Positions 1 to 10,097 of a DNA stretch of 50,021 nucleotides are shown here, one piece after another. The stretch covers positions 1-50,021 of the forward strand of contig CANQFG010000005.1 in NCBI GenBank assembly GCA_947598395.1. The letters run 5' to 3'. Position numbers and translations under genes: made by a program. Position 1 is the stretch's first letter; every line of letters begins with the position of its first letter. Under the pieces are notes generated by a model. That model saw only the letters and a list, made by a program, of their open reading frames with translations. It was not told where the DNA came from and searched no databases. Source of the stretch: an uncultured Bacilli bacterium. Lineage in GTDB: Bacteria; Bacillota_I; Bacilli_A; RF39; UBA660.

Positions 1-48
1 ATTTTTCGAAGTTATAAATACTTCTCGGTTACAATTCGGACATTTCAC
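1..48 (-). CDS. 5' end of a zinc-ribbon-domain protein (runs off the window edge)
   Basis: Minus strand reads AGGTGG RBS, then GTG AAA TGT CCG AAT TGT... = MKCPNCNREVFITSKN. This is the same CxxC start seen in the ORFs at 47990 and 49552. Not in the ORF track. Confidence 0.6.
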   Translation of the reverse strand, partial: MKCPNCNREVFITSKN

Positions 49-114
49 AGATAACCACCTATTCTATTCTTCTTAAGAATACCACACCCAAAAAAAAAAG
101 TAAACGAATTACAT

Positions 115-564
115 TTACTTTTGATTAGCAAAATGCTTTTTCAATTGTTTGCTCTTGATGTTAAAAGTCTTTTCGCGAAGACATAAATCGCGGCTGATTA
201 AATCCTTAAAGCCATATCTTTCATATGTCAATAATTTTAAAATTATTTCCACGATTTCCGTAACGGATAGTTCGTACTCCTCTTCCGTCATAGGCATAAA
301 TTCGGCCAAACTGGCCACATATTTTCGCGCAAAGATATTTATCCATCCCAAATCATCTTCGCAGATGTCGACATTATTTTCATGAGATAAATACTCGCGA
401 TAATAAGCTAAATAAAGATAATATTTTTGATATTCTTCTTTGATATGATGCCACGATAGAAAGTGGCCATATTCCGAAAAAATATCGTTGATAAATTGCG
501 CCCGTCGATACTTAAAATACGTATTATCGACATTAAGTTCGAGAACATCTTTAATTAAGTCCAT
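115..564 (-). CDS. hypothetical protein
   Basis: 149 aa ORF with an AGGTG RBS, co-oriented downstream of the glycosyltransferases; no recognisable motif. Confidence 0.7.
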   Translation of the reverse strand: MDLIKDVLELNVDNTYFKYRRAQFINDIFSEYGHFLSWHHIKEEYQKYYLYLAYYREYLSHENNVDICEDDLGWINIFARKYVASLAEFMPMTEEEYELSVTEIVEIILKLLTYERYGFKDLISRDLCLREKTFNIKSKQLKKHFANQK

Positions 565-608
565 AGCTTCACCTAATTAAATTTATTCGCGATTGGTTCA
601 ATAAAGTC

Positions 609-1613
609 CTAGATATTTTTAAGCCATTCGCCCTTGATAATCTTGATGTCATAGTTCATTATCGTCTCGCGCGCACAGCTGCCAAGTTCGTCGAGCAATG
701 TTCGATCATTTAGCAGTTTTTCGATCTTCTTCGCCATCAAGGCTTTATTTCGATTGGGAATAAGATAGCCATTTAATTCGTTTTTTATGATATCGGTTTG
801 TTCTTGATCCGAAAAGGCCACACAGGGAAGTCCATAGCTCATGGCCTCTAATAAAGATATGCTGAAGATATCATCTTGACTCCCAATTAGAAAAATACTC
901 GATGTCCTAAGCAATTTATGGTACTCATCTTCGCTGATATAGCTATATATCGTGATATTTTTTTCCAGGTGTTTTTCCTTTATCGCATTGGTAAGCTGCC
1001 GCTTTAAAGGTCCATCGCCGATGATATTTAAGACGACATCACTTTGCTTTTGAAGAAGTATTTCCATGACATCGATTAAATCACGTATGCCCTTTTCCCT
1101 GACGAGTTTGCCAACAGCTAGGATATTTAAAGTATCGTTAGAAACGCGATTTTCGGGAATATATTCCAAGGCATTCGGAATATAGATGATCTCTTTTCTT
1201 GAATATATCTTTTGAAAACGCGCCGTTAAATCCGCATTGGCAAGGACTAATTTTGGAATCTTTTTAATACTATTTAATAGGCGCCATTCATTAAATTTAG
1301 AATAGTAATTTTGATTGTCCCAAGCTATTACATCGCATCTTTTAACCCAATTCCCGATATATTTATGCAAAGAAGGCGTCGTACTTATTAAAATATCGGC
1401 CGCATTTTCCGCTAAGAACGCAGCCATTTGCCCTTTTTTAGCAAAGAAGCGAATTACTACTTTCTTATTTAGCGGATAGGCAATAATTTCTTTTTGGCTC
1501 AAGACGATTATTTCGACATGAAAGATATCGATAAGGGCATTAGCTAACATGACGATGCTCTTCTCTCTTCCACCATAGTTTAAGGATTCCGAAAAGAATT
1601 GAATAGTTTTCAA
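609..1613 (-). CDS. GT4 (GT-B) family glycosyltransferase
   Basis: N-terminal GGREK motif, AVGKLVREKG, IIGDGP and LLEAMSYGLPCV are typical of Glycos_transf_1. Confidence 0.9.
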   Translation of the reverse strand: MKTIQFFSESLNYGGREKSIVMLANALIDIFHVEIIVLSQKEIIAYPLNKKVVIRFFAKKGQMAAFLAENAADILISTTPSLHKYIGNWVKRCDVIAWDNQNYYSKFNEWRLLNSIKKIPKLVLANADLTARFQKIYSRKEIIYIPNALEYIPENRVSNDTLNILAVGKLVREKGIRDLIDVMEILLQKQSDVVLNIIGDGPLKRQLTNAIKEKHLEKNITIYSYISEDEYHKLLRTSSIFLIGSQDDIFSISLLEAMSYGLPCVAFSDQEQTDIIKNELNGYLIPNRNKALMAKKIEKLLNDRTLLDELGSCARETIMNYDIKIIKGEWLKNI

Positions 1614-1621
1614 AGTTTCAC

Positions 1622-2479
1622 CTACTTTCGCTTTATTTTATAATATATACTAAGAAAGGCATATTTTATTTTAGCCGTTATCTTAAAGAGAAATAGTTCC
1701 CATTTATTGGCCCGATTATACGTTGTTTGATAATAATACTGACTCTCATAAAAATGACGATATTTATTGATATTCGATAGGGACTTATCGACACTTTTGG
1801 CATAATTATGTTTAATCTTGACGCCATTATCGACGACGACCATCAAACCCAAATTATGAATCTTTTGACATAGAATACTCGATTCATAATAGAGAAATAT
1901 CGCTTCATCCATATAATTGATCTTCTTCATCGTCTCCGATGTAATCAAGAAAAAACAGCCACTTACGACATCGACAATACTCGTTGCCTCTTCATAGTAA
2001 TCATCTTTATAATAGATAAAGTGCTCGCTTAAAAAATCTCTGAGGAAGGAAAAACTATATAGATAATCGATTAGGGGTTTAGTCATCTTCCAACCTCGAA
2101 GAATCCGCCCTCTTTCGAGAATTTGTGGAGCAACTAAGCCAATTTTCTCATAATTTAAAAGATCGAGAAGCTCTTTTAAGTCTTCTTCGCTCATGATGAC
2201 GATATCCGAATTGGCAATAATTAAATTACATTGATCATATTTATCGATGAGATACTTACTGCCAATATTAATGGCATTGGAATAACCATTATTTTCCGTA
2301 TTATAAATAATCTCAATCTTTTTATGTTTAATATTAGCTAATTTTTGCTTTTCTTTATCCGTCGAATTATTATCGACGATGACGATTTCATCGATTATTT
2401 TGTAATCGATAATATTATCTACTAAGTGTTTTGTCGAATCATAATCATTATAGTTGACGATAATAAAACCGTTTTTCAT
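1622..2479 (-). CDS. GT2 family glycosyltransferase
   Basis: IIVNYN, IVIVDNNSTD, NNGYSNAINIG, ANSDI, VVSGCFFL and MDEAIFLYYE motifs. Confidence 0.9.
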   Translation of the reverse strand: MKNGFIIVNYNDYDSTKHLVDNIIDYKIIDEIVIVDNNSTDKEKQKLANIKHKKIEIIYNTENNGYSNAINIGSKYLIDKYDQCNLIIANSDIVIMSEEDLKELLDLLNYEKIGLVAPQILERGRILRGWKMTKPLIDYLYSFSFLRDFLSEHFIYYKDDYYEEATSIVDVVSGCFFLITSETMKKINYMDEAIFLYYESSILCQKIHNLGLMVVVDNGVKIKHNYAKSVDKSLSNINKYRHFYESQYYYQTTYNRANKWELFLFKITAKIKYAFLSIYYKIKRK

Positions 2480-2561
2480 ATGCTCACCTTAAATAAATTG
2501 TATCATATTTTAGACGTTTTTTAATTTTTTTTCATTTAGTACTAGATTTTTTAATTTTTTA

Positions 2562-2570
2562 TGTTATAAT
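2562..2570 (+). promoter_or_regulatory. extended -10 promoter for the tRNA cluster
   Basis: TGTTATAAT about 20 bp upstream of tRNA-Lys. Confidence 0.6.
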
Positions 2571-2589
2571 GATTAAGTACTTCACTGAT

Positions 2590-2665
2590 GTCTCCTTAGC
2601 TCAGTTGGTAGAGCAACTGACTCTTAATCAGTGGGTCTAGAGTTCGAATCTCTAAGGGGACACCA
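2590..2665 (+). tRNA. tRNA-Lys (CTT)
   Basis: Cloverleaf with GTCTCCT/AGGGGAC acceptor stem, anticodon arm CTGACT-CTT-AATCAG, GTTCGAATC T-loop and encoded CCA. Confidence 0.95.
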
Positions 2666-2674
2666 TTTTAAAAT

Positions 2675-2751
<77 letters not shown>

Positions 2752-2761
2752 TTTTGAATAT

Positions 2762-2838
2762 GGCCCGTTGGTGAAGTGGTTGAACACATATGCCTTTCAC
2801 GCATACATTCATGGGTTCAAATCCCGTACGGGTCACCA
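2762..2838 (+). tRNA. tRNA-Glu (TTC)
   Basis: GGCCCGT/ACGGGTC acceptor stem, anticodon arm TATGC-CTTTCAC-GCATA, GGTTCAAATCC and encoded CCA. Confidence 0.95.
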
Positions 2839-2848
2839 AGTGATTACC

Positions 2849-2875
2849 AAAAGTCCTTAAATATGGGCTTTTTTT
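2849..2875 (+). terminator. intrinsic terminator after the tRNA cluster
   Basis: AAGTCC...GGGCTT stem followed by a T run. Confidence 0.7.
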
Positions 2876-2964
2876 ATATTATTTTTTACTCTCATTTTAT
2901 ATTTCGGAGTAATTTTGGAATATTTGGGATATATTCTATTTAATAACCATAAGAAAAGCACTCA

Positions 2965-3936
2965 TTAAAGAGTACTTATCGCTTCTAAGATATAATTTTC
3001 GCCATCATAGGTAAAGTGATAGGCAACTTGGGATAAACTTTCGCGCATCGTATCGAGGTTCATTCCCGGAATATATGCGGCTAGTGGATCTTCTAAATTA
3101 TTGACATTATAGATATTATTATCTTTAACTAAGGCGACGATACAGGTAAATATCAAGGAATTATTTACCTCTTTGATATCGATGAGGCTATTGTAAATCT
3201 CATCATTACTAATTTGACTATCATCGACAATAGCTATATAACTTTTATTGATACTTGAATAGGCAAAATTTTTATTATCGACGGTAAAGTTGCTAACATT
3301 ATACCCCGTTCCAAAGAGTTTAGTATAGGCCGAATTTATGACCTCTTCAGATATCGTATATATGGAACCATCGACATTGATATCTTGCGCATTTAAGGTC
3401 TTGTAGGCCATAGCTAATTTTAAAGGCATATCGACAAGGGCAAAATTATTATTGGATGTAACTAAATCTGGACTAGTAATATGAATATTGCGCATTAAAT
3501 AGCCATAATTGCTCATATAGTAATTGTAATCTTTTACGACACTTGTCGTCGTCGTCAATGAAGTCGTCCTAACATACTTATCGGGTTTTAGCAATTCGAG
3601 ATTGCCCGTTTGATAGAGGCGATACATCAAATAACAACTCAAGACTATGAGAATTAATATATATAAGGAAAGGCGAAAGATCTTAAATGACTTACGACGA
3701 TTTAATTTCGCCTGTGAAGCGCGAATATTATCCTTGATCTCATCTTGGATTTCTTCCGTTATGCGTTGTTTTAAATTATCTTTATATTCGGCATTTAATG
3801 AATCCTCGATCGAAGACATGACACTTTGACAGACCCTACTTTTTAAATCCGGTTCTAACTCGGCAATAATTTCTTGCGTTAGACGTTCTTTCGTCTTTTT
3901 ATCAACCATGACTTCGGCTTTTTCCTTTTTAGCCAT
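2965..3936 (-). CDS. hypothetical bitopic membrane protein
   Basis: Charged helical N-terminus, one TM segment (LSLYILILIVLSCYLMY), Thr-rich linker and an outer domain. Confidence 0.8.
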   Translation of the reverse strand: MAKKEKAEVMVDKKTKERLTQEIIAELEPDLKSRVCQSVMSSIEDSLNAEYKDNLKQRITEEIQDEIKDNIRASQAKLNRRKSFKIFRLSLYILILIVLSCYLMYRLYQTGNLELLKPDKYVRTTSLTTTTSVVKDYNYYMSNYGYLMRNIHITSPDLVTSNNNFALVDMPLKLAMAYKTLNAQDINVDGSIYTISEEVINSAYTKLFGTGYNVSNFTVDNKNFAYSSINKSYIAIVDDSQISNDEIYNSLIDIKEVNNSLIFTCIVALVKDNNIYNVNNLEDPLAAYIPGMNLDTMRESLSQVAYHFTYDGENYILEAISTL

Positions 3937-3984
3937 AATACCACCTACTACTTAAATTATAAAATACATAAAACGGATTGGCAA

Positions 3985-5478
3985 TTAATTTTGAATGCTA
4001 TGATGAACAGTTGGCGCATTTTTAGTCAAAGGCAAGAAAGTATAACCATTGGCTAATCCATAATTAATGATATCTTCGATGACACTTATCGTATTTGCTT
4101 TGATATCGTGCATCAAGACGACCGAACTCTTACGATTTTTGATACCTTTGATGACATTGTTATATATCTGCGTCTTATTGGCCCCAGCGGCATCATTGGA
4201 ATCGACATTCCAATCGAAGTAGACATAGCCATATTCCGTCATCTTACTGCGAATAGCTTTGACGACACCCGTGGCATAGTTCCGACTTACCGTATTGCTA
4301 CTACCGCCTGGGAAACGGAAGATCTCCGAACGCGTACCCGTATATTTATAGATGATATCATTCATATCATTAAAGTCCTTGACATAGGTTTCGACACTCT
4401 TATAGATACTCCATTTATGCGTTAGACTATGAACGGCAACCGTATGACCACTTTCATATTCGCGCTCAATTAGAGGCACATAATTTTTAAATTGATTCGT
4501 AACGAAGAACGTTACCTTGATATGATATTTATCCAAGATATTTAATAGTTTTTCCGTATATTGACCTGGTCCATCATCAAAAGTTAAGTAGACGACCTTG
4601 TCGAAGTTAGAGGTCACATTAGGGCTTTCATTGACTTCATAGACGATGATCTTGCGTTCCTTAGAATAAGTCTTCCCGGTATCGGATTTTAAGGAATACG
4701 TAACTTTTTGTTCGCCAACTTTCGAAGTATCGACATGACTATCGATGATGATGTCCTCGTCGATCTTTTTGCCACAGCCATCGGAGGCACTGGCCCCTTG
4801 TTCGCGGTATTCGCTGCCCTTTTGAATATAGATGGTCGAATTGCCATTTAAATTGATAACGGGACTCGGCTTTTCGGATATCGATAAGGCCACCTCTTTG
4901 ACCGTCTTATTGCCCGCTGAATCGGCAACAGATAGGACGATTTTATCATCCAAGCGCTCGACTTTAACCTTATCGGTAATATCGCCATCGTAATTGTCAT
5001 GGGCTTGATAATCGAGATTTATTTCGCTATCCTTCTTGCAATAATAGACATCGATGGTCTCATTGGCGACCTCGATAATTGGTGCTTCGAGATCGACGAC
5101 ATTGACTTCGCGCGCCAATTGATATTTTTTATTTTTATATTTGATATCATAGATTATTTCGTATTGGCCGACGACATTAGAATTAATATTTTCCAAAATA
5201 GAATAATCGATTTTTTCCGAAGGTATTTCTTCATCATTGACGGTTACTTTAAAGCCTTCATCGCGATAATCGGTATTCAAAGCGATATTTAAAGATTTAT
5301 TGCCAATTAAGGATACATTAACTTTTTCTTCGCGAAGGGGCTTTTTATAAGGAATTAAAGCTATGGAGACGATTACCGTTAAAAAGATAAAGACCATAAT
5401 GGCAACTCTTCGGTCGACTGTCTTTAAAAATTTAAAAAATTTATCTTTAAATGATTTCCTTACTTCCATAACTACCAC
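3985..5478 (-). CDS. membrane-anchored polysaccharide (peptidoglycan) deacetylase, CE4, with Ig-like repeats
   Basis: YLTFDDGP, HSLTH, FRFPGGS, DWNVDSND and VVLMHD NodB motifs; N-terminal TM; DUF5011-like repeats (AHDNYDGDIT, INLNGNSTIYI). Confidence 0.92.
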   Translation of the reverse strand: MVVMEVRKSFKDKFFKFLKTVDRRVAIMVFIFLTVIVSIALIPYKKPLREEKVNVSLIGNKSLNIALNTDYRDEGFKVTVNDEEIPSEKIDYSILENINSNVVGQYEIIYDIKYKNKKYQLAREVNVVDLEAPIIEVANETIDVYYCKKDSEINLDYQAHDNYDGDITDKVKVERLDDKIVLSVADSAGNKTVKEVALSISEKPSPVINLNGNSTIYIQKGSEYREQGASASDGCGKKIDEDIIIDSHVDTSKVGEQKVTYSLKSDTGKTYSKERKIIVYEVNESPNVTSNFDKVVYLTFDDGPGQYTEKLLNILDKYHIKVTFFVTNQFKNYVPLIEREYESGHTVAVHSLTHKWSIYKSVETYVKDFNDMNDIIYKYTGTRSEIFRFPGGSSNTVSRNYATGVVKAIRSKMTEYGYVYFDWNVDSNDAAGANKTQIYNNVIKGIKNRKSSVVLMHDIKANTISVIEDIINYGLANGYTFLPLTKNAPTVHHSIQN

Positions 5479-5535
5479 TAGTTTTATTATACCACGATTA
5501 TAATAAATATATAAAATAAAAAATAAGCACTGGGC

Positions 5536-6117
5536 TTATTTCGTAATTTTTGACATCTCTACTTCATAATCATAGTAAACATCGGCTTCCGTACTATCTT
5601 TTTTGGTCGAGGCCTTGATGATAAAATGTAAGTTTTCGATATCTTGGATAACTTCATCGGTAAAGAAATAATCCGAGGCGGCTTTTTCGGCAAAATTCCA
5701 ACCACTCATCTCCGAGACGACTTCTTTTAGGGATGTACTGCTATCGAGTTGGCGACTCCGCGTGGCAAATTCGACTAAATCGCCCTTTTCATTTTTGACA
5801 TAATAGCCAATTTGAAAATTATAGATCTTTTTATCTTCGGCTAAAAAATTGGCATTCGAAGCATAGAAATAATTGACATCATTATTCGTAAAATAATGGA
5901 CATTGACGACTTGGATATCCTCCTTATCGATTAAACCGATAAAGATCGTATTTTTCGTATTCGTTCGACTGATATAGATTAATAAAAAGGCAATTATGGC
6001 GATGAAGACGATGAAGATCGGAGCTGGATTATTGAAAAATTTCTTTAAGCTGGCGCCAACTTTTTTTAATTTTTCCTTATTATCATGCTTTTTTTTATTC
6101 GGTGTCATCATTATCAT
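5536..6117 (-). CDS. hypothetical membrane-anchored protein
   Basis: Lys-rich N-terminus and one TM; overlaps the pbp stop, suggesting coupling. Exact start among several Met codons is uncertain. Confidence 0.75.
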   Translation of the reverse strand: MIMMTPNKKKHDNKEKLKKVGASLKKFFNNPAPIFIVFIAIIAFLLIYISRTNTKNTIFIGLIDKEDIQVVNVHYFTNNDVNYFYASNANFLAEDKKIYNFQIGYYVKNEKGDLVEFATRSRQLDSSTSLKEVVSEMSGWNFAEKAASDYFFTDEVIQDIENLHFIIKASTKKDSTEADVYYDYEVEMSKITK

Positions 6118-8287
6118 CCTTCTTTTCTAAAGTTAAAGCTACGGGATCAATCTTCTTTAGATCCGCTTTAACAATCGTCGTTACATCAATTATATCACCG
6201 GCCTTGATATTTGTCGAGGTAACGATGCCATAACCATTTAATTCATAGGGAACCTTGAGAATATTACAGAGACTTACGAGGTCACTGCTGCTCCATCCGA
6301 TGACATCGGGAAAAGCGCTCTTCGTGCCATTCGTCATGAGGAATATCTTCGAATTCTTTAGAAGGGTCGTTTCAGATTTCGGATATTGATCGATTACCAT
6401 ATTGCCATCGCCAATGATGATCGGCGTCAAACCACTGCTTTGGGCCGTGGCAACGGCGGAAACAGTAGATTGATTTAAATAATTGGCAACGGAGACGATT
6501 TCCGTCGTATCCTTTTCGGCTGGAACGATATCGAAATGGCGATATTTGGCCACACTTTCGACGATATCTTTGACGATATTACCCATATTTTTACTCGTTC
6601 CTTTAAAATCTTTGACGGCGACATAGATGATATATTCGGGATTTTCTTTGGGGAATACGCCCGCGAAGGAACGAATATTATTATACGTTCCCGTAACATA
6701 TTGGCCATTAGAACCCGCATAGTTAGCCGTTCCCGTCTTGCCAATTAAGCGGACAGCCGGCGTTTGATAGACGCGTCCGGTTGCCGTTTTGTCTTCGCCA
6801 TTGACCGTCAAATCCATGAGTTCTTTAATTTTATTGATCGTCGAAGTCGAATAGACTTTCTTTAATTCCGTTTTCTTTCCTTGATAGACGACTTCATTCG
6901 TATTGGGGTCGATGATCTTATCGATTATATATGGTTTTAAAGTCGTACCATCATTGCTGATAACCGAAAGGGCTTGAATCATTTGAATCGGCGTTACCGT
7001 TATACCTTGACCATATGAGGCCGAAGCCAATTCCGATTCATATTGAAAATCAATTTCACCCTTATATTCATTAGATAATTCAATGCCCGTTTGGGAGCCA
7101 AAGCCGAGATTATTATAATAATCCGTAAGCTTATTCTTGCCCACCCGCTTAGCTAATTTGACGGCAGCAACATTGGAGGAATAGGTAAAACCGGTATCAA
7201 AGGTAATGGATCCCCAACCGACTTTATTCCAATCGCGAATGGTATAATCATCGACTTTAATATTTCCCGAAGCATATTTTTCACTGCCGTCATATTTGCC
7301 CTCTTCCATGGCACTCATGAAGGAAAATATCTTCATCGTACTTCCGGGTTCATAAGTAAATGACGTCAAGGGATTGTTATAATTTTTGATATTATAAAGA
7401 TTCGGATTAAAGCTCGGATAGGTAGCACTGGCCGTAATCGAACCATCATTGGCATCGGCGACCGTTATCGTCACCCAATCGGGTTCATATTTTTCGAACT
7501 CCGTCATGGCATTTTCCAAATACATTTGCACGTTGGCATCTAAAGTTAGATAGACGTTATAGCCATCTTGAGCAGGCGTTTCATAAGTATCGCGGCCCGC
7601 CATTTGATAGCCATAGGCATCCTTTTGATAAGTAATGCTGCCATCTTTACCCTTTAAGTAGCGGTCCGTATATCCTTCGATTCCAAGTTCCCCCACCATC
7701 TCATCACTGCCATCATGTTTAATGGCATAACCGATAATATATGAAGCAAAATCGCCATTGGGGTAATATCTCTTTGTCGTCTTCGTAAATTCAATTCCCG
7801 GCAAGGCCAAAGCTTCGATAGCTTGTTTCGTAACTTCCGTAATATCGCGGCCTCCGGGCCCAAGTTCGACTTGATAAGAGCCATACTTATCGTCATATTG
7901 GAGTAACCCGAGGATATATTCACTCGTCATCTTATTATTTAACGGATATAAAATTTCCGAAAGCTTTTGGGCCGTCATATTTTTATCGACCACATGCTTT
8001 GGGTAGCGTTCATCCTTAGTACGACTTTCATCTAAAATCGCGATAACCGTATAGGAATTTAAATTTTGGGCCAATGTTTGCCCCGTCTTATCGTATATGC
8101 CACCTCTTACCGCCTTTAAAGTCCGCGTGGCAATCGTCCGACTATTGGCCAGTTCTTGCAGATTGGTCCCTTCGACATCCGTAGCTAAAGCCACATAGCC
8201 GAGTTTACCAAAAAAAAGGACAAATAAAAGAACAATACAAATAACGAATATAAAATTAATTCTTATCGTATTGTTCACATATTTCAT
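6095..8287 (-). CDS. class B penicillin-binding protein (FtsI/Pbp2B type) with C-terminal PASTA domains
   Basis: EPGSTMK (SxxK), SSN (SxN) and KTGT motifs; RGGIYD, RYYPNG and GIEG dimerisation-domain motifs; located after ftsL. Confidence 0.93.
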   Translation of the reverse strand: MKYVNNTIRINFIFVICIVLLFVLFFGKLGYVALATDVEGTNLQELANSRTIATRTLKAVRGGIYDKTGQTLAQNLNSYTVIAILDESRTKDERYPKHVVDKNMTAQKLSEILYPLNNKMTSEYILGLLQYDDKYGSYQVELGPGGRDITEVTKQAIEALALPGIEFTKTTKRYYPNGDFASYIIGYAIKHDGSDEMVGELGIEGYTDRYLKGKDGSITYQKDAYGYQMAGRDTYETPAQDGYNVYLTLDANVQMYLENAMTEFEKYEPDWVTITVADANDGSITASATYPSFNPNLYNIKNYNNPLTSFTYEPGSTMKIFSFMSAMEEGKYDGSEKYASGNIKVDDYTIRDWNKVGWGSITFDTGFTYSSNVAAVKLAKRVGKNKLTDYYNNLGFGSQTGIELSNEYKGEIDFQYESELASASYGQGITVTPIQMIQALSVISNDGTTLKPYIIDKIIDPNTNEVVYQGKKTELKKVYSTSTINKIKELMDLTVNGEDKTATGRVYQTPAVRLIGKTGTANYAGSNGQYVTGTYNNIRSFAGVFPKENPEYIIYVAVKDFKGTSKNMGNIVKDIVESVAKYRHFDIVPAEKDTTEIVSVANYLNQSTVSAVATAQSSGLTPIIIGDGNMVIDQYPKSETTLLKNSKIFLMTNGTKSAFPDVIGWSSSDLVSLCNILKVPYELNGYGIVTSTNIKAGDIIDVTTIVKADLKKIDPVALTLEKKDDNDDTE

Positions 8288-8305
8288 ATATTAACCTCAC
8301 AAATT

Positions 8306-8599
8306 CTAATCGACGACTACGACGTTATCATTAATATAACTCAAACCATTATCTTTTGCAACATCTTGAATTGTCGAAAGACTGGCCAATTCATCGACTT
8401 GCATCGATAGACTAGCATTGACATTCTCTTGTTTTTCTATTTTCTTTTTTAACTTTTCAACTTCGATATTCGAACTAGATAGACAAGCATTAGAATAGAC
8501 GATCATCAAAGGCGTCAAGAGGGCAAAGATAAATAAAATGATCATTATCCCCTTTTCACCACGACGTATTTTTAATTTTAGACCCGTTGTTTTTCGCAT
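8306..8599 (-). CDS. ftsL: cell division protein FtsL
   Basis: Short basic N-terminus, TM and coiled coil (N..L...V.ELAS...I...AK..GL); canonical position between rsmH and pbp. Confidence 0.85.
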   Translation of the reverse strand: MRKTTGLKLKIRRGEKGIMIILFIFALLTPLMIVYSNACLSSSNIEVEKLKKKIEKQENVNASLSMQVDELASLSTIQDVAKDNGLSYINDNVVVVD

Positions 8600-8600
8600 A

Positions 8601-9515
8601 TTATTTTACCCTTTCTATTACTCGTAATTTGGCACTTTTACTACGTGAATTAGTGCTCATCTCTTCCGAACTCGGAAGAATAGGCTTTTTATTTATAAGT
8701 TTAATCTTCGGTTGATATTCCTCTGGAATTTCCGGTAAACCTTTGACTAAATCTGGTATTTCACTATTTAATTTAAATGTCTGCTTGGCAATGCGATCTT
8801 CTAAAGAATGAAACATTATTACACATAAGCGTCCACCGATATTTAATAAATCGATCGCTTGCGGCAATGTGCTTTCTAAGACCCTTAATTCGCGATTGAC
8901 TTCGATGCGAAGGGCTTGAAAGATCACGCGTTCCGGATGTCGCGTATTGGCATATTTGACGGGAACGGATTTCTTGATGATGTCGACGAGCTCCAGGGTC
9001 GTCGTTATGGGACGATTGGTTACGATATTCTTGGCAATCGCTTTGGAATATTTTTCTTCGGCATAGCGGTAAAAGATATCGACGAGTTTTTCTAAGGGAT
9101 AGTTGTTGACGACCTCATAGGCACTCATCTTTTGTCGCCTATCCATGCGCATGTCCAAGGGAGCATCTTTCATGAAGGAAAATCCGCGACTTTCATCATC
9201 GATTTGGGGTGATGAAAAGCCTAAATCAAAGATAATGCCATCGACTTTAAAGACACCTAATTCATTTAACTTCTCTTTTAAATTTTCAAAATTAGCATAA
9301 ATTACCTTAAAATTATGGCCAACTTTGGCCAATCTCTTTGAAGCATAGACCAAAGCCTCTTCATCTTGGTCAAAGCCGTAGAGAAATCCGTTGGGAATTT
9401 GTCTTAAGATGGCTTCGCTATGGCCACCATATCCTAATGTACAATCGACATAAATACCATCACTTTTGATATTTAAGTTTTCGATACTTTCCTTTAAAAG
9501 TACGCTATTATGCAT
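8601..9515 (-). CDS. rsmH: 16S rRNA m4C1402 methyltransferase RsmH
   Basis: MHNSVLL start, DCTLGYGGHS, DLGFSSPQID, PLDMRMD, FQALRIEVNREL, FHSLEDRI and RSKSAKLR. Start reassigned to the ATG at 9515. Confidence 0.97.
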   Translation of the reverse strand: MHNSVLLKESIENLNIKSDGIYVDCTLGYGGHSEAILRQIPNGFLYGFDQDEEALVYASKRLAKVGHNFKVIYANFENLKEKLNELGVFKVDGIIFDLGFSSPQIDDESRGFSFMKDAPLDMRMDRRQKMSAYEVVNNYPLEKLVDIFYRYAEEKYSKAIAKNIVTNRPITTTLELVDIIKKSVPVKYANTRHPERVIFQALRIEVNRELRVLESTLPQAIDLLNIGGRLCVIMFHSLEDRIAKQTFKLNSEIPDLVKGLPEIPEEYQPKIKLINKKPILPSSEEMSTNSRSKSAKLRVIERVK

Positions 9516-9948
9516 TAAAATCACCTGCAGCAAACAAATTCTCAGCTATATCGGCAAAATGTTCTTCATTTGTCGATATGAAAGAATCCCACTCTTCTTT
9601 GGCCCAAATTTCAATTCGGTCATTCGCGCCGATAATAACACAATCTCTTGTTATACCGGCGTATTCGACCAAAGGGGAGGTAATGCTTACTCGACCGGAA
9701 CGATCAAGTTCGCAAATCGCAGCACCAGATAAGAAGAAACGAGTGAAGTTACGAGCATCTCTTTGCGTGAAAGGTAGAGTTTTTAATTTCGCGACAATCT
9801 TATTCCACTCTTCTTCCGAATAGACGAATAAGCATTTGTCTAACCCGCGAGTTACGATGAACTTCTCGCCGAGTTCAAAGCGAAATTTGCTGGGGATTAC
9901 GAGACGATTTTTTTCGTCAATATTGTGATGATATTCACCCATCAACAT
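9508..9948 (-). CDS. mraZ: division/cell wall cluster transcriptional repressor MraZ
   Basis: MLMGEYHHNIDEKNRLVIP, TRGLDKCL, ELDRSGR and RIEIW. Start reassigned to the ATG at 9948. Confidence 0.97.
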   Translation of the reverse strand: MLMGEYHHNIDEKNRLVIPSKFRFELGEKFIVTRGLDKCLFVYSEEEWNKIVAKLKTLPFTQRDARNFTRFFLSGAAICELDRSGRVSITSPLVEYAGITRDCVIIGANDRIEIWAKEEWDSFISTNEEHFADIAENLFAAGDFNA

Positions 9949-9958
9949 TTTAAATCCC

Positions 9959-9982
9959 CCACTTTCTTCCACTATCTGCCAC
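9959..9982 (-). promoter_or_regulatory. MraZ binding repeats
   Basis: Three GTGG boxes with 10-bp period (CCAC on + at 9959, 9969, 9979) just upstream of mraZ, matching the known MraZ operator pattern. Confidence 0.8.
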
Positions 9983-10068
9983 TGTCTACATATATAATAC
10001 TACTTTTACGGAATAAATAGCAAGAATAAACCATCAATTTTTTATTTTTTGTAATACTTTACGTCAAC

Positions 10069-10091
10069 AAAAAAAGTGCCATATAAGCACT
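10069..10091 (-). terminator. intrinsic terminator of CLec paralogue A
   Basis: Minus strand AGTGC-TTATATG-GCACT followed by a T run, right after the stop codon. Confidence 0.7.
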
Positions 10092-10097
10092 CTAATA

